NCBI GenBank assembly: GCA_046563655.1
Contig: CM102283.1
Span: 434,001-498,000 of the forward strand
Direction: 5' to 3'
DNA length: 64,000 bases
DNA from: Yuukianura sp. NJ FZ-2021
Taxonomy: Eukaryota
The notes under the pieces were generated by a model, which saw nothing but the letters and a program-made list of their open reading frames with translations, was not told the DNA's origin and made no database searches. Shown in pieces: positions 11,408-25,584 of the stretch. The position numbers and the translations under genes were made by a program. Every line of letters begins with the position of its first letter. Position 1 is the stretch's first letter.

Positions 11408-13289
11408 ATGGCTCAGTACGATTTGACAAACAAACTTGGTCAAAATTTTGACCGTCACTTGGTGGCTCCACTTCTTGAGTTTCTTGCAGCACAAAATGTA
11501 AGGAAACAATGGATTAATAAAATGGAACATGTCATTGTGCCATCGCTTGCTAACTATTTCACAACGGTATTTGTTTTGTTTAGATTTACAAACCAGAGGA
11601 TGTGCTCCAAACGAAGTTGGAGGTTCTGGGGAAACGAAGATGATGGATTATGTCATCGATGTCTTCAAGAAGGTCCATCCGGACGAACAAGTTCCAGCCG
11701 TAAGTTGTTGCCATTTCCCATGCCAGTTGCCAGTACGATGTTGCTTTAAGTAATTGGGATTTTTTAAATAGAAATTCATGGAGAAACGAACCAAGGTCGT
11801 TGAGGAATACAAGGCGGTTCAGGAAAAGTCGAGACCCATCACTGAAATTCTGGAGAGCAGTGAATTACCCGAGCAGATTTCCAATTCCCGCGACTACCGT
11901 CAATTGGTCGACTACTTGGTCAAAAACCATGATGTAAGATTTACTTAATTGGATATTAACCTGGAAATGGTTTAAGCTACTTATTCTTTACGCGTAAACC
12001 CGTTTTTTTTAAACAGTTCCAACCGGACCAAATTGACTCAATCTACGACTATGCCAAGTTGTACTACGAGTGTGGAGACTACGCCACTGCCTCCCAGTAT
12101 TTGAACTTGCACAACGAGTTGGTTCCAACTACTGACAAGGTCAGTTCGAGTTCTTATGTTGATCTCATAATCTGATTCATTGGAGTTGCTTTGTTTTGTC
12201 ATTTATTTAGAACTACTTGAGCGGACTTTGGGGAAAATTGGCATGCAATATCTTGTTGCACCAATGGGACTATGGAGTGGAAGATTTTGAGAAACTGAAG
12301 ACGTTCATCGACGAGGACGTCTTTCGGAGTTCTCTCCACGTAAGGCCACTTACTAACCAAACTGGGTTAGGACTAAATGACACTTGCTAATTTTTCATAT
12401 CTGAACGTTGATGTTGCAGTCGTTGCAACAACGTATGTGGCTTTTGCACTGGGGTCTCTACCTCTACTTCAACCACTCCAAGGGCTGGGATCTGCTGCTC
12501 GATCTCTTGGCCAACAACCCCAAGTATTTGAACGTCATTCAGACGACTTGTCCCCACCTCCTGCGCTACTGGGCCACGGCTGTCATCATCTCCAAACACA
12601 CTCGCCATTCCAGCGCCATGAAGGACTTGGTCAACGTCATTCGCCAGGTTCCCTTCCACTTCAAATTCTAAATTCACTATTCAATCATTCATAGCTTAAC
12701 ATGACTTCAATTCCTAGGAATCTTACAACTACCGAGATCCAATTACTGAATTTGTGGAGTGCCTGCATGTCAACTTTGACTTTGACGGAGCTCAGAAGAA
12801 GCTGAAGGATTGTGAGCAAGTGCTCTACAACGATTTCTTCCTCGTCAACTGCTACCCATTCTTCATGGAAAATGCAAGACTCATGATTTTCGAAACATTC
12901 TGTCGCATCCATCAATGCATCAGCATTGGGTAAGCATTTTTTACATCCTCTCGACCTAGATTATAAATTTGTACAGTACGTTCCACTTGCCAGATGACTA
13001 ACATGGTTTTGTTCATTTCAGAATGTTGGCTGACAAGTTGGACATGAATGAAGACGAGGCAGAACGATGGATTGTGAATTTGATTCGAAATGCTCGGCTG
13101 GACGCCAAACTGGATTCAAAGTTGGGTCATGTCGTGATGGGTGTTCATGCAGTGTCACCCTATCAACAAATCATTGAGAAGACAGAGTTTTTGAGCATGC
13201 GCAGTCAAGTGCTGGCAAACAGTGTTGGACGGAAGCTGGGAGGAGACAAAAGTTATCAAGTTCTTTACCGGGATCGGGACACAACGTAA
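11408..13289 (+). CDS. eIF3e: Eukaryotic translation initiation factor 3 subunit E (Int-6); apparent 1-nt frameshift in exon 2
   Basis: MAQYDLT...[37 protein letters not shown] and [28 protein letters not shown]. Approximate exons 11408-11497, 11584-11699, 11772-11933, 12017-12139, 12211-12339, 12420-12647, 12718-12929, 13022-13289. The extreme C-terminus is uncertain. Confidence 0.95.
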
Positions 13290-13405
13290 CTGGAGAGAAG
13301 ACGAACGACCTTGGATGCAACGTGGTTGTTGAAAGGTCATTCTTTTCCTAACCAGCGTCAAGCTCTGGTTCTCCGTTGTTGTTGTTGAACATTGTCACAT
13401 CTCTT

Positions 13406-16400
13406 CAATTAAATTAAAATTTACAGAATGGATAGAGATAGAGGGAATAAACATTTTACATTTATTTGTTTCATCAACGCATCCCTGCAGCCACCCTTCA
13501 TTTTGAATTGATGTTTCATGTCATTGTAAACAATTTACTCCGGCAAGCTTCACTGCATTCCAGCTAGTTGTAAATTGCATGTAATAATATTAGTTGTATG
13601 ACCTTCTGGGTCAAAGATTTATCATAAGAAAAACTAGAGTGAAGGGTCAAAGGTCAAAGCGGACGAGGACAGTGGAAGTTCCACTGGATTGAGTGAAGAG
13701 GAAAAACTTGGTGAGCTTCCCTTTTGTACGAAGAGAGAAGGAGTAGGATTCCTTTGTATTTTACTCTTTTGGAGTTGGGGGTGGTGAGGACAATGAGGTG
13801 GGAATGGAACAAATGCATGCAGGGACCATCCCAACTCCAAACCCCCCAACATCTTTTCACCAATTCAAAATTAATCGTCTTGACTTGATGTGATGAATTC
13901 CCTCCATCATTTGATTCATAATTCAATCGATTAATTAACTAAAATAAGAGTTAATTGGAGATGGCAATTAAAAATAACTGAAGAAGAAACAGCTGCTGTT
14001 TGTTTACATAAGAAATCTGTGTCTCCTCTGCCTTCATCTCTCCAACGAGACCACAAGAGACAATTAAATTAAAGTTTACAGAATGGATAGAGGGAATAAA
14101 CGTTTTACATTTATTTGTTTCATCAACGTATCCCTGCAGCCACCCTTCATTTTGAATTGATGTTTCATGTCATTGTAAACAATTTACTGAGGCAAGCTTC
14201 ACTGCATTCCAGCTAGTAAATTACATGTACTAATACTAGTTGTATGACCTTCTGGGTCAAAGACTTATCATAAGAAAAACTAGAGTGAAGGGTCAAAGGT
14301 CACAGCGGACGAGAACATTGGAAGTTCCACCGGATTGAGTGAAAAGGAACAATTTGTTGAGTTTTGCTTTTATATAGAGAGGGAAGGAGTAAGATTGCTT
14401 TGTATTTTACTCTTTTGGAGTTGGGGGTGGTGAAGAGAATGAGGTGGGAATGGAACAAATGCATGCAGGGACCATCCCAACTCCAAACCCCCCAACATCT
14501 TTTCACCAATTCAAAATTAAACGTGATGTGATGAATCTATTCCCTCAATCATTTGATTCATAATTCAATCGATTAATTAACTAAAATAAGAGTTAATTGG
14601 AGATGGCAATTAAAAATAACTGAAGAAGAAACATATGCTGTTTGTTTACATAAGAAATCTGTGTGTACTGTTCCTCCGTTTCTCGAACGAGACCACAAGA
14701 GTGAATGAAAAGAATTTGTAGAGCTTCCCTTTTATATGAGAGACGAAAGGAGTAAGACGAAGGAAGATTTTACTCTTTTGGAGTTGGACGGTGGGGGAGA
14801 GAGTGGGTGGCAATAGGAAAAATGCATGTGGGGACCATCCCAACTCCAAACCCCCCAACTAACAAACATTTTGAGTGAAAAAACGGAGAAAGTTTCTCAG
14901 AACAGGCTGAATCTATTGGAGTTCACTCCAATTTTATTTTGGTTTTTGAACTCACATCGTCACATCTTCTACATGCAGTTTCGATTCTTAAATCTATAAG
15001 TAAAAGTTCTATAAACTTTTCAATTTCACTTTTTTTGCTTCTTTTTCTCAAACTTTCTTTGTACTTTTTTTTATCAAAGTTAAAAATGAATTTTTCTTGT
15101 TATTTATCCGAAAACAGAGCTAAAAAGGCCAATTAATGCCAAAATTGCTGTTTTTTTTTCTTGTGAAGAAACAGAAACGACAGCCGTACCAATTTTCTTG
15201 TGCAAAATGTCATTTGTGATGATTTTCAATCATCATTTCGTCAGAAAAACTTGAATTTTTTGAGTGTGAAAAGCACCGAAAGTTGCTGAGAACAGGGAGA
15301 GTCTGTAGGAGTTGACTCCACTTTATTTTCAGATTGTGTTTCGTCCACTCTCAAAACACAAATTCTCCACACATTTTCTCTTGCCCCAACAAAATCAAAG
15401 GTTAAAAGCTTTCCAATTTCACTTTCTTTGCATTATTTTCACCAACTTTCTTTCTAATTTTAGTTTCCATTCGAAAATTCACTTTAATTGAAATCTAAGC
15501 GTGGAAAATGAAAGTTATGTTGAAAAAACTGTTTCTTGTTGTGAACAAATATGGACTACAATAGTGAAAGTTGTTTCACTCTGATCAGCCGTCATTTTGA
15601 GTGCCAAATTAAATCGTTAAAGACCTCGTAATTTGCACAACTTTCCAATTGGCGAAACAACTTTCTCCTTGAAAGTGTTTTCGATCCTCATAAGGAGGCA
15701 AGAAGCCTTCCGATCAGAAGAGGAGCCAACTACTCAATTTGAAATTGAACTGAAATAAATGAGTCCAACAATTAGCTTTTACCCTGCACCCTTCACGTCT
15801 TCACATATGGGCATTTTTAAAAAATTCAAACAAAAGACATTTAAGTAAACTGCAAAGAATCCGCTCAAACTTAATTGGTTTTAATGAAACTAATTAAGAT
15901 TAAAAAAAGTTTTGATTATTTGATGTTGATTTCCATTAATTTCATTAATTTGTTGTTTCTACTGATTTTATTTAGTGTTAAATCCAACATGTAGTGTTCC
16001 CAAAATTGGCGCAGGTAAGATGTTTGTGGCCGCCAGAGTTACCCCTGCCCTACTCAAAATTCTTCTATGACACTGAATTCAAATCTAATTCAATCGATTA
16101 ATTAACTAAAAGCAAAGTTAATTGGATATGACAATTAAAAACAACTGAAGAAGAGACAGATGCTGTTTGTTTACATAAGGAAACTGTGTCTCCTCTGCTT
16201 TCATTTCTCGTATGAGACCACAAGAGTGAATGAAAAGAATTTGCTGAGCTTCCCTTTTATATGAGAGACGAAAGGAGTAGAACGAAGGAAGATTTTACTC
16301 TTTTGGAGTTGGATGGTGGGGGAGAGAGTGGGTGGCAATAGGAAAAATACATGGAGGGACCATCCCAACTCCAAACCCCCAAGAAACAAGCAATTTGAGT

Positions 16401-19400
16401 GAAAAAACGGAGAAAGTTCCACAGATCAGTCTGAAACTGTTGGAGTTCACTCCACTTCAATTTTATTTTGGTTTTTGAACACCAAACTCACATTTTCTGC
16501 ATGCGGTTTCGATTCTTAAATCTAAAGTAAAAGTTCTATAACCTTTTCAATTTCACTTTTTTTGCTTCTGTTTCTCAAACTTTCTTTGTACTTTTCTTAT
16601 GAAAGTTAAAAATGAATTTTTCATGTTATTTATCCGAAAACAGAGCTAAAAAGGCCAATTAATGCCAAAATTGCTGTTTTTTTCTTGTGAAGAAACAGAA
16701 AAGACAGTCGTACCAATTTTCTTGTGCAAAATGTCATTTGTGATGATTTTCCATCATCATTTCGTCAGAATAACTTGAATTTTTTGAGTGTGAAAATCAC
16801 AGAAAGTTGCTGAGAACAGGGAGAGCCCGTATGAGTTGACTCCACTTTATTTTCAGATTGTGTTTCGTCCACTCTCAAAACACAAATTCTCCACACATTT
16901 TCTCTTCTCCAAACAAAATCAAAGGTTAAAAGCTTTCCAATTTCACTTTCTTTGCATTATTTTCACCAACTTTGTTTCTAATTTTAGTTTCCATTCGAAA
17001 ATTCACTTTAATTGAAATCTAAGCGTGGAAAATGAAAGTTATGTTGAAAAAACTGTTTCTTGTTGTGAACAAATATGGACTACAATAGTGAAAGTTGTTT
17101 CACTCTGATCAGCCGCCATTTTGAGTGCCAAATTAAATCGTTAAAGACCTCGTAATTTGCACAACTTTCCAATTGGCGAAACAACTTTCTCCTTGAAAAT
17201 GTTTTCGATCCTCATAAGGAGGCAAGACGCCTTCCGATCAGAAGAGGAGCCAACTACTCAATTTGAAATTGAACAGAAATAAATGAGTCCAACAATAATT
17301 GTTGGACTAATTAGCTTTTACCCTGCACCCTTCACGTCTTCACATATGGGCATTTTTAAAAAATTCAAACAAAAGACATTTAAGTAAACTGCAAAGAATC
17401 CGCTCAAACTTAATTGGTTTTAATTAAACTAATTAAGATTAAAAAAAGTTTTGATAATTTGATGTTGATTTCCATTAATTTCATTAATTTGTTGTTTCTA
17501 CTGATTTTATATAGGGTTAAATCCAACATGTAGTGTTCCCAAAATTGGCGCAGGTAAGAAGATGTTTGTGGCCGCCAGAGTTACCCATGCCCTACTCAAA
17601 ATTCTTCTATGACTCTGAAATCTAATTCAATCGATTAATTAACTAAAAGCAAAGTTAATTGGATATGACAATTAAAAACAACTGAAGAAGAGACAGATGC
17701 TGTTTGTTTACATAAGAAATCTGTGTGCACTGTTCCTTCATTTCTCGTATGAGATCACAAAAGTGAATGCGAAGAATTTGCTGAACTTCCCTTTTATATG
17801 AGAGACGAAAGGAGTAAGACGAAGGGAGATTTTACTCTTTTGGAGTTGGATGGTGGGGGAGAGAGTGGGTGGCAATAGGAAAAATACATGGAGGGACCAT
17901 CCCAACTCCAAACCCCCAAGAAACAAGCAATTTGAGTGGAAAAAACGGAGAAAGTTCCACAGATCAGGCTGAATCTCTTGGAGTTCACTCCACTTCAATT
18001 TTATTTTAGTTTTTGAACACCAAACTCACATTTTCTGCATGCGGTTTCGATTCTTAAATCTAAAGTAAAAGTTCTATAACCTTTTCAATTTTGTTGAAAA
18101 AACTGTTTCTTGTTGTGAGCAAATATGGACTACAATAGTGAAAGTTGTTTTCAATTAAATTAAAGTTTACAGAATGGATAGAGGGAATAAACGTTTTACA
18201 TTTATTTGTTTCATCAACGTATCCCTGCAGCCACCCTTCATTTTGAATTGATGTTTCATGTCATTGTAAACAATTTACTGAGGCAAGCTTCACTGCATTC
18301 CAGCTAGTAAATTACATGTACTAATACTAGTTGTATGACCTTCTGGGTCAAAGATTTATCATAAGAAAAACTAGAGTGAAGGGTCAAAGGTCAAAGCGGA
18401 CGAGAACATTGGAAGTTCCACCGGATTGAGTGAAAAGGAAGAATTTGTTGAGTTTTGCTTTTATATAGAGAGGGAAGGAGTAAGATTGCTTTGTATTTTA
18501 CTCTTTTGGAGTTGGGGGGTGGTGAAGAGAATGAGGTGGGAATGGAACAAATGCATGCAGGGACCATCCCAACTCCAAACCCCCCAACATCTTTTCACCA
18601 ATTCAAAATTAAACGTGATGTGATGAATCTAGTGATGTGATGAATCTATTCCCTCAATCATTTGATTCATAATTCAATCGATTAATTAACTAAAATAAGA
18701 GTTAATTGGAGATGGCAATTAAAAATAACTGAAGAAGAAACATATGCTGTTTGTTTACATAAGAAATCTGTGTGTACTGTTCCTCCGTTTCTCGAACGAG
18801 ACCACAAGAGTGAATGAAAAGAATTTGTAGAGCTTCCCTTTTATATGAGAGACGAAAGGAGTAAGACGAAGGAAGATTTTACTCTTTTGGAGTTGGACGG
18901 TGGGGGAGAGAGTGGGTGGCAATAGGAAAAATGCATGTGGGGACCATCCCAACTCCAAACCCCCCAACTAACAAACATTTTGAGTGAAAAAACGGAGAAA
19001 GTTTCTCAGAACAGGCTGAATCTATTGGAGTTCACTCCAATTTTATTTTGGTTTTTGAACTCACATCGTCACATCTTCTACATGCAGTTTCGATTCTTAA
19101 ATCTATAAGTAAAAGTTCTATACACTTTTCAATTTCACTTTTTTTGCTTCTGTTTCTCAAACTTTCTTTGTACTTTTCTTATGAAAGTTAAAAATGAATT
19201 TTTCATGTTATTTATCCGAAAACAGAGCTAAAAAGGCCAATTAATGCGGAAATTGCTGGTTTTTTCTTGTGAAGAAACAGAAACGACAGTTGTAATAATT
19301 TTCTTATGTAAAAAGTCATTTGTGATGATTTTCCATCATCATTTTGTCAGGAAAACTTGAATTTTTTGAGTGAGAAAAGCAGAGAAAGTTGCTGAGAACA

Positions 19401-19862
19401 GGGAGAGTCTGTAGGAGTTGACTCCACTTTATTTTCAGATTGTGTTTCGTCCACTCTCAAAACACAAATTCTCCACACATTTTCTCTTGCCCCAACAAAA
19501 TCAAAGGTTAAAAGCTTTCCAATTTCACTTTTTTTTTTGCATTATTTTTCACCAAGTTTCTTCTTATTTCATTTTTCCTTATTTTTTTCTTTATCTCCTT
19601 ATCTCCTTAATTTTCCTTTTGAAAATTAATTTTAATTGAAATCTAAGTGTGGAAAATGGAAGTTATGTTGAAAAAAGTGTTTCTTGTTGTGCACAAACAT
19701 TAGACTATACTAGTGAAAGTTGTTTTACTCTGATCAACCGCTATTTTGAGTGCCAAATTAATCGTTAAAGCCGTCGTAATTTGCACAACTTTCAAGTGGC
19801 CAAATGACTTTCTCCTTGAAAGTGTTTTTGATCCTGATAAGGAGACAAGACGCCTTCCGACC
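13406..19862. repeat. Complex tandem/segmental repeat array incorporating copies of the eIF3e 3' flank
   Basis: The block caattaaattaaa(a/g)tttacagaatggatagag...aataaa recurs at 13406, 14061 and 18152. 14061-15720 resembles 18152-19862, and 15000-16080 resembles 16520-17620. Confidence 0.9.
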
Positions 19863-20406
19863 ATACCAGTAGAGGCGCTCAAATAAGTGCCCAGCTGAGG
19901 ACACACGTCAATGCGTACTCGTAGCAGTAGTATAGCATTCACTTTTCATAGAATTTCTGATCATCAAAAACAAAAATTTGACACTTTTGAATATTATTGT
20001 CATTTTAGTTTTACAGAATTTGAATTTTCGGAACACACTTGGCTAACTGAACTGAAACTAAATAGTAAAATTATTTAACTAATCTTGATTAGTGTTAGTT
20101 TAGACTATGAATTAGTTTAATATTAATGAACGTGAATGTCTCCTCCTGCCTGGATAGTTGCTTCATACTGTTTATGAGTCTTTATCGTGTTTGTCGAAAC
20201 TTCTGGATTACGTTGGAAGTGTAAGTAATTAACAGCTAATTAAAAGTAATCCTTAATTTTGAATATACAGCCTTTTCATTTGGTTTCATTCTGGAGGTTT
20301 TTATTTTACAGTTTTTGTTTTTGGTTTCTGAAGTTCTGAATCCTTGAACCTTGACCTTCACGTTCTTAACTACTAATTGCTCATTTCTCACTGTTGGAAT
20401 ATTCCC

Positions 20407-20981
20407 ATGGTTATTTTGAACGGTAGTAGCGGCGGTGTTGGTGTGCGAGGGGAAGAAGGACTGGGCCGCAGTCCCAAGCCCAACAGGGTAATCAAAAATA
20501 CTGAACAACCTAACTAAAAACTGATTAAAAATTATTCTTATCCAGTGCTTTTTTCATTCTTTTTAAGAGCGCAACGACGCGTGCTCGTCCTCGTCCTCCG
20601 GCGCTTTGGACAATCCAGGAAGTAGTTCTATGGTTCGAGCGCCACTGCGGAGACTTGGGGGAAAGATACTCTCATGTCTTTCACGAGGCAAGTATTTTGA
20701 AGTAGAGGATATTGATGTTTGTGACATGATTAACTAAAACTGCGCAATCATGATTTCATTTGATTTTGATCCAGAACAATGTGAATGGAAGAATCTTGCT
20801 CCGGATGAACGTATCAGCCCTGGAGCGAATGGGCATCACTGTACCCGAACACCATGAGGAAATTTTTCGGGAAATATTAAAACTGAAGTTTAAGTCGGAT
20901 ATCTTGGAGCTCCAGGATCTAGAGAGACAGATGTCACACGGCGGTGCAGGGGCTGCAGGAGTATCACATTCCAACAAGTAA
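20407..20981 (+). CDS. ave: Aveugle/Hyphen-like SAM-domain protein
   Basis: Exons 20407-20487, 20568-20687 and 20775-20981 give RPPALWTIQEVVLWFERHCG...NNVNGRILLRMNVSALERMGI...REILKLKFKSDILEL, matching the Aveugle SAM pattern. Confidence 0.85.
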
Positions 20982-21973
20982 TCATGCCAAGAAAGCCAAA
21001 ACTACCAGCATTCAATCAGCGTCAGCATTCAGCAGTTTGTTATCATTCAGTCATTTGATGAAAATAAGATGATATGATAATGGCAGAGTGGGGTGGGACT
21101 CCCATATTTCCTGTTGTTAATCAATCAGGCTCACAGAAGAGCTTCACGCATCCCGCCAAAAGCTGCGTTTCACTATTCACTTACAAGTTTGAATTCTCAC
21201 TTTTGAGATCTCCAATGAATGTCCAATTGCAAATTGCAAATGACTTATGTTGCTGCAAGACAAATGGAGGAGGAAATGCCATATCATAAGCAACTCTAAC
21301 TAAAATAACACTCGAATCCGAAACTCTACTCACGAATTCAGTAATGCAAATAATGTGGGTTCGACAGTGTATTTGTTAAATCAACCTTTTAGGCAGTTTC
21401 GTTATGGTTAAATTAAACTTTAGCTTATGCTAATCTGAATTACAAATGTAAAGTTGTAGCCGATGAAGTGGAAATCGTTTCCAATAAAATCGACGTCGAG
21501 AAACCATTATAAAAAATAATTATAAAAAGTACGGTAGTAAGTCTAATATAATACAATATAAATTAATATAAGTGATGATTATACTCGTTAGGCGAGGATC
21601 AGCTGTTTTCCGGGAATCGGAATTTGCAGTCATAATTACATGTAGTGCAATTAGGCAATTCCAAAATGCAAAAGTAAAACCTCTCTAATAATCCGTCTTT
21701 TCTTTTGTTTCCTCAAGTTGATTAGATCAGTGCAAAGTGCATCCAAATAAGTTGTTCTTTTATGTAAGTGTGTTTGTGAGAAAAAATTGGGTTGCTTAGT
21801 TTGACTTTCGATTCAACGATTTTAATATCAAGACTTTGGGAGCTAAGAAAATGAATTATGTTGATTAGTGAAGAATAATTGGTTGCTACAACAGAGATCG
21901 GCGAGGAAGCTAACCAACGTGTCTAGGGCGGACAAAGGACTGAGGTATCGGTGTAAACATAAACACAGTGGAA

Positions 21974-24900
21974 ATGGACGTTGACATGGGTGTTGCGGGG
22001 GGATTTTATGCCGACCCTGGTGAGATCGATCAACGGGGGACCCATCATCGGTCACATGAAACCGGGCAAACACGGCACATCAAGAAGGGCCCCAACATTT
22101 CTACGAAAGCAAGGCGTAGTGCCACTCAAGCTCCTTCTCAACCCGAATCGAACAATGTGTGCACTTTTAACCTTGGAACTGACACTGCTCAGCCTATGCA
22201 GAAGGACACTGCAGTCAGCGAAGCTAAACGGTTCAAACTGACGCCAGAAGAAGTCCGAACTGGACTTTGCTCTGTGTGCGGGGTAATGTTCAGTCCCAAG
22301 TCGAATGCAGCCGCTTTGTATCGCCACATCAAGTATTTCCACGAACCGTCAAAGCCAAACCTACGGTAAGTCAAGTGGAACTGAATCAGTAGAGACAAAC
22401 TGAAGCAAATAGTGAAATTAAGCGAATGTTTGTCTAATTCTTTTTAATGGCCTTTGCAGATTTGGTCCGACAACATGCAAGATCTGTACTGCTTCCTTTG
22501 AAAATTCCAATTTCGACATGGCATTATACGATCACATGAAAACGGTCCATCAATTAGTTCCTCAATTCCACTGCAAGTGGTGCAAACGTTCATTTCCTAG
22601 TGAACAAGCGCGAGTCGTAAGTCACCATCATAATCATTTTGTATTTACAACGGTTCTATCCATCGATTTATTTTTGATTTATTTGCTTATAGCTTCATGA
22701 AGTTGATCATGCTTCCCGACCAAGTGAGCACAACTTCCAAGGCTGTACGAAGGCTACTACGCCAATACCAATAGCATCTGACATGTGGACTCAGCGGCAG
22801 CAGACTCACTTGAGCACAGACGAAGTGAACGTTGAGGAAGAGTCGGCTTCAGCTCCAGAAAGGCCGATTAAACCAGAAGTACACACACAGCATCCTATTA
22901 CTGCGGAGGATGAACAACAGCAGGAAGCCGTAGTGCAACATCTCGGCAGTAACAAGTTCATCATCATTCTAAACGCAAAGAAAACAGAAGCCGGGACAGA
23001 AGTTAGCTACTCAGAGGATGGACTCATCCAGCAGGCGCAACTTGTGGAAGTAGATGATCTGAGCGACCCCTTCAGAGTCGCTGAAGCTATTCAGTTCCAA
23101 ATCCAGAATGGAGAGGCTGTTCACATGCAAGAGACTGATGGAGCCGAAAATGTGGGACAATTCAACATGGAGACGGGAGTGGATGTTTTTCAAATTCAGT
23201 TTCACGATTCAGAAACCTTGGCTTGGGAAGAAGCTCAATACGAAGAACAGCAATTAGTTTGGGATGACGGAGAGTCAGTTGAGGCCATGGAGGAGGGTGA
23301 GGCGGATCAAATGATAATAAAGCAAGAGTTGAAGTTGACGCAAGAAGATCTCATCATTCCGATTACACTAGCTTCTGAAGTTACTCCTCCTGAAACGGCA
23401 ATGCCTCCGCTGATTGAAACTGTGCTTCCACCATCTGAACTGGACGCTTCATTAATCACAATGCCTTCACTCATTCAAATTAATCCACCACATGAACCAG
23501 CTCCTACTGCAACAATGCCTCCTCTGATTCAAATTGCGCCGTCACATTCTGAATCGACTGCTCCACCAGCCACAATGCCTCCACTGATTCAAATTGTTCC
23601 ACCGCTACCAAGAGAAACGGGTCTCCCAAGTACAAAGAAAGCATCCGATGTCAAAGTCATAGTCACTGCAGAAAATTTAAACTGTCCAGAACCACCAATA
23701 AGTCCGCCATCTCAATTAGAAGTTTCACCATTAGCAGATTCAGATGCGACTTCTCAGGATGAGCCACCAAAAGAGGTTTTGGAATCCAATGACTTCACTG
23801 AGCCTACGAAAGCAAGTAACGTCAAGGAGGTTTTAAAAGCAAGTGACTTCCAGGATCTTTTGCAATTGGATGAAGACGACGGCGGGAAAGAGAAGACGCC
23901 TTCACAGGTCACCGTGAATACGGAGAAGCAAGACCCTGAAAAGGAGGATGAAGACGAAGTAGAGTCGGACATTGAGCTGGTGGATCTTGTTTCTGAATCG
24001 GAGACATGGGAACCACCTCTTTCAAAGTCCAATTCGAGTGACTATGAAGTGCAAGTTGAAATCGCTTCAGTAACTTCCAATGAGTTGAGCTCAATTCGCG
24101 TTCCACCTAAGATTGGCAAAGGAAAACGAAAAATGGCTTCTACTCCTCCCGCTTTGCATACAAGTCGGCCACAAAGTAAACCACCGACGAAAGGAAAACG
24201 AACACCAGCTAACAAGAGTGGAGTGACGGATGAGCCTCCACGTAAGAAAATTCCTCCTTATATAACAGTGAAAGTCGTCATACCGGTTGCGTCTCGCGAA
24301 AGGAAACGGCGTCTGGATTCTAAATTGAACGAGATTTGTGGAATGATTCGGGAACTGGTGGACGTATCAATGGAGACTGATGATGATGACATTGACATCC
24401 CTGATGATCCTCTGATGGCAGCACATGACGAACCTGAGCACACTCTGGTGCGACCACAGAAGAAGAAGGAAAGTGCAAAGGGAAGTTCGCTGCTTGCTAA
24501 GAAGACGGAAATTGCAAAAGGATGTTCACCGCTTGCTAAGAAGACGGAAAGTGCAACGGGAAGATCGCGACCTGCTAAGAAGACGCAAAGTGCAGAGAGA
24601 AGTTCGACTGCTAAGAAGACGAAGGAGCCAGCGTCATCGCACCCAGCACTGAAGGACGCAGGATCAAGGCGTGACACGAGTGTCAGCGGTGACTTACGTG
24701 CACTGAGCACAGCGCATGACGAACCGGAGCAGACTCTTGTGCGACCACAGAAGAAGACGGAAAGTGCTAAAGGAAGTTCGCCACTTGCTAAGAAGACGGA
24801 AATTGCAAAAGAATGTTTACCGCCTGCTAAGAAGACGGAAAGTGCAGAGGGAAGATCGCGACCTGCTAAGAAGACGCAAAGTGCAAAGAGAAGTTCGACT

Positions 24901-25584
24901 GCTAAGAAGACGAAAGAGCCAGCGTCATCGCACCAAGCACTGAAGGACGCAGGGTCAACGCAGGACGAGAACATCGTTGGTGACTTACATGAACTAAGCA
25001 CAGCGCAGGACGAACCGGAGCAGACTATAGTGCGACCACAGAAGGAGACGGAAAGTGCAAAAGGAAGTTCTCCGCCTGCTAAGAAGAGGAAGACTGAAAG
25101 TGCAAAAGGAAGTTCACCGACTGCTAAGAAGACAAAAGCCAGATCCCTATCGCACATAGTACTGAAGGACGCAGGGTCAACGCAAGACACGAACATCGTT
25201 GGTGACTTGCATGGACTGAGCACAGCACAGGACGAACCGGAGCAGACTCTTGTACGACCACAGAAGGAGACGGAAAGTGGAAATGGAAGTTCGCCGCCAG
25301 CAAAGAAAGTGAAGGAGCCAGCACCATCGCACACAGCACTGAAGGACGCAGGGTCAACGCAGGACACGAACATGGTTGGTGACTTAAGTGGAATGAGCAT
25401 AGAAGGGATGCTGGAAGCGAGGAGCAAATTACTTGTCCCACTTCGACCACGATCCAGGTTTGTGACAGGCTTTTCCCCATCACCTCCCTTCGTCCCGTCC
25501 AGAATCAGAAGGGTACCAAGGAAACCAACCTCACTCAGAAGGGGAACCAGAACTAGGAAGACGAAGAACTTTGCATTTGAGTAA
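21974..25584 (+). CDS. C2H2 zinc-finger protein with acidic middle region and Lys/Ser/Ala-rich repetitive C-terminus
   Basis: Exons 21974-22365, 22460-22616 and 22693-25584 are in frame. Three CxxC...HxxxH fingers (CSVC, CKIC, CKWC). Confidence 0.8.

Noticed and set aside
24258-25427. 389-aa minus-strand ORF
   Set aside because: Antisense shadow of the repetitive zinc-finger gene exon.
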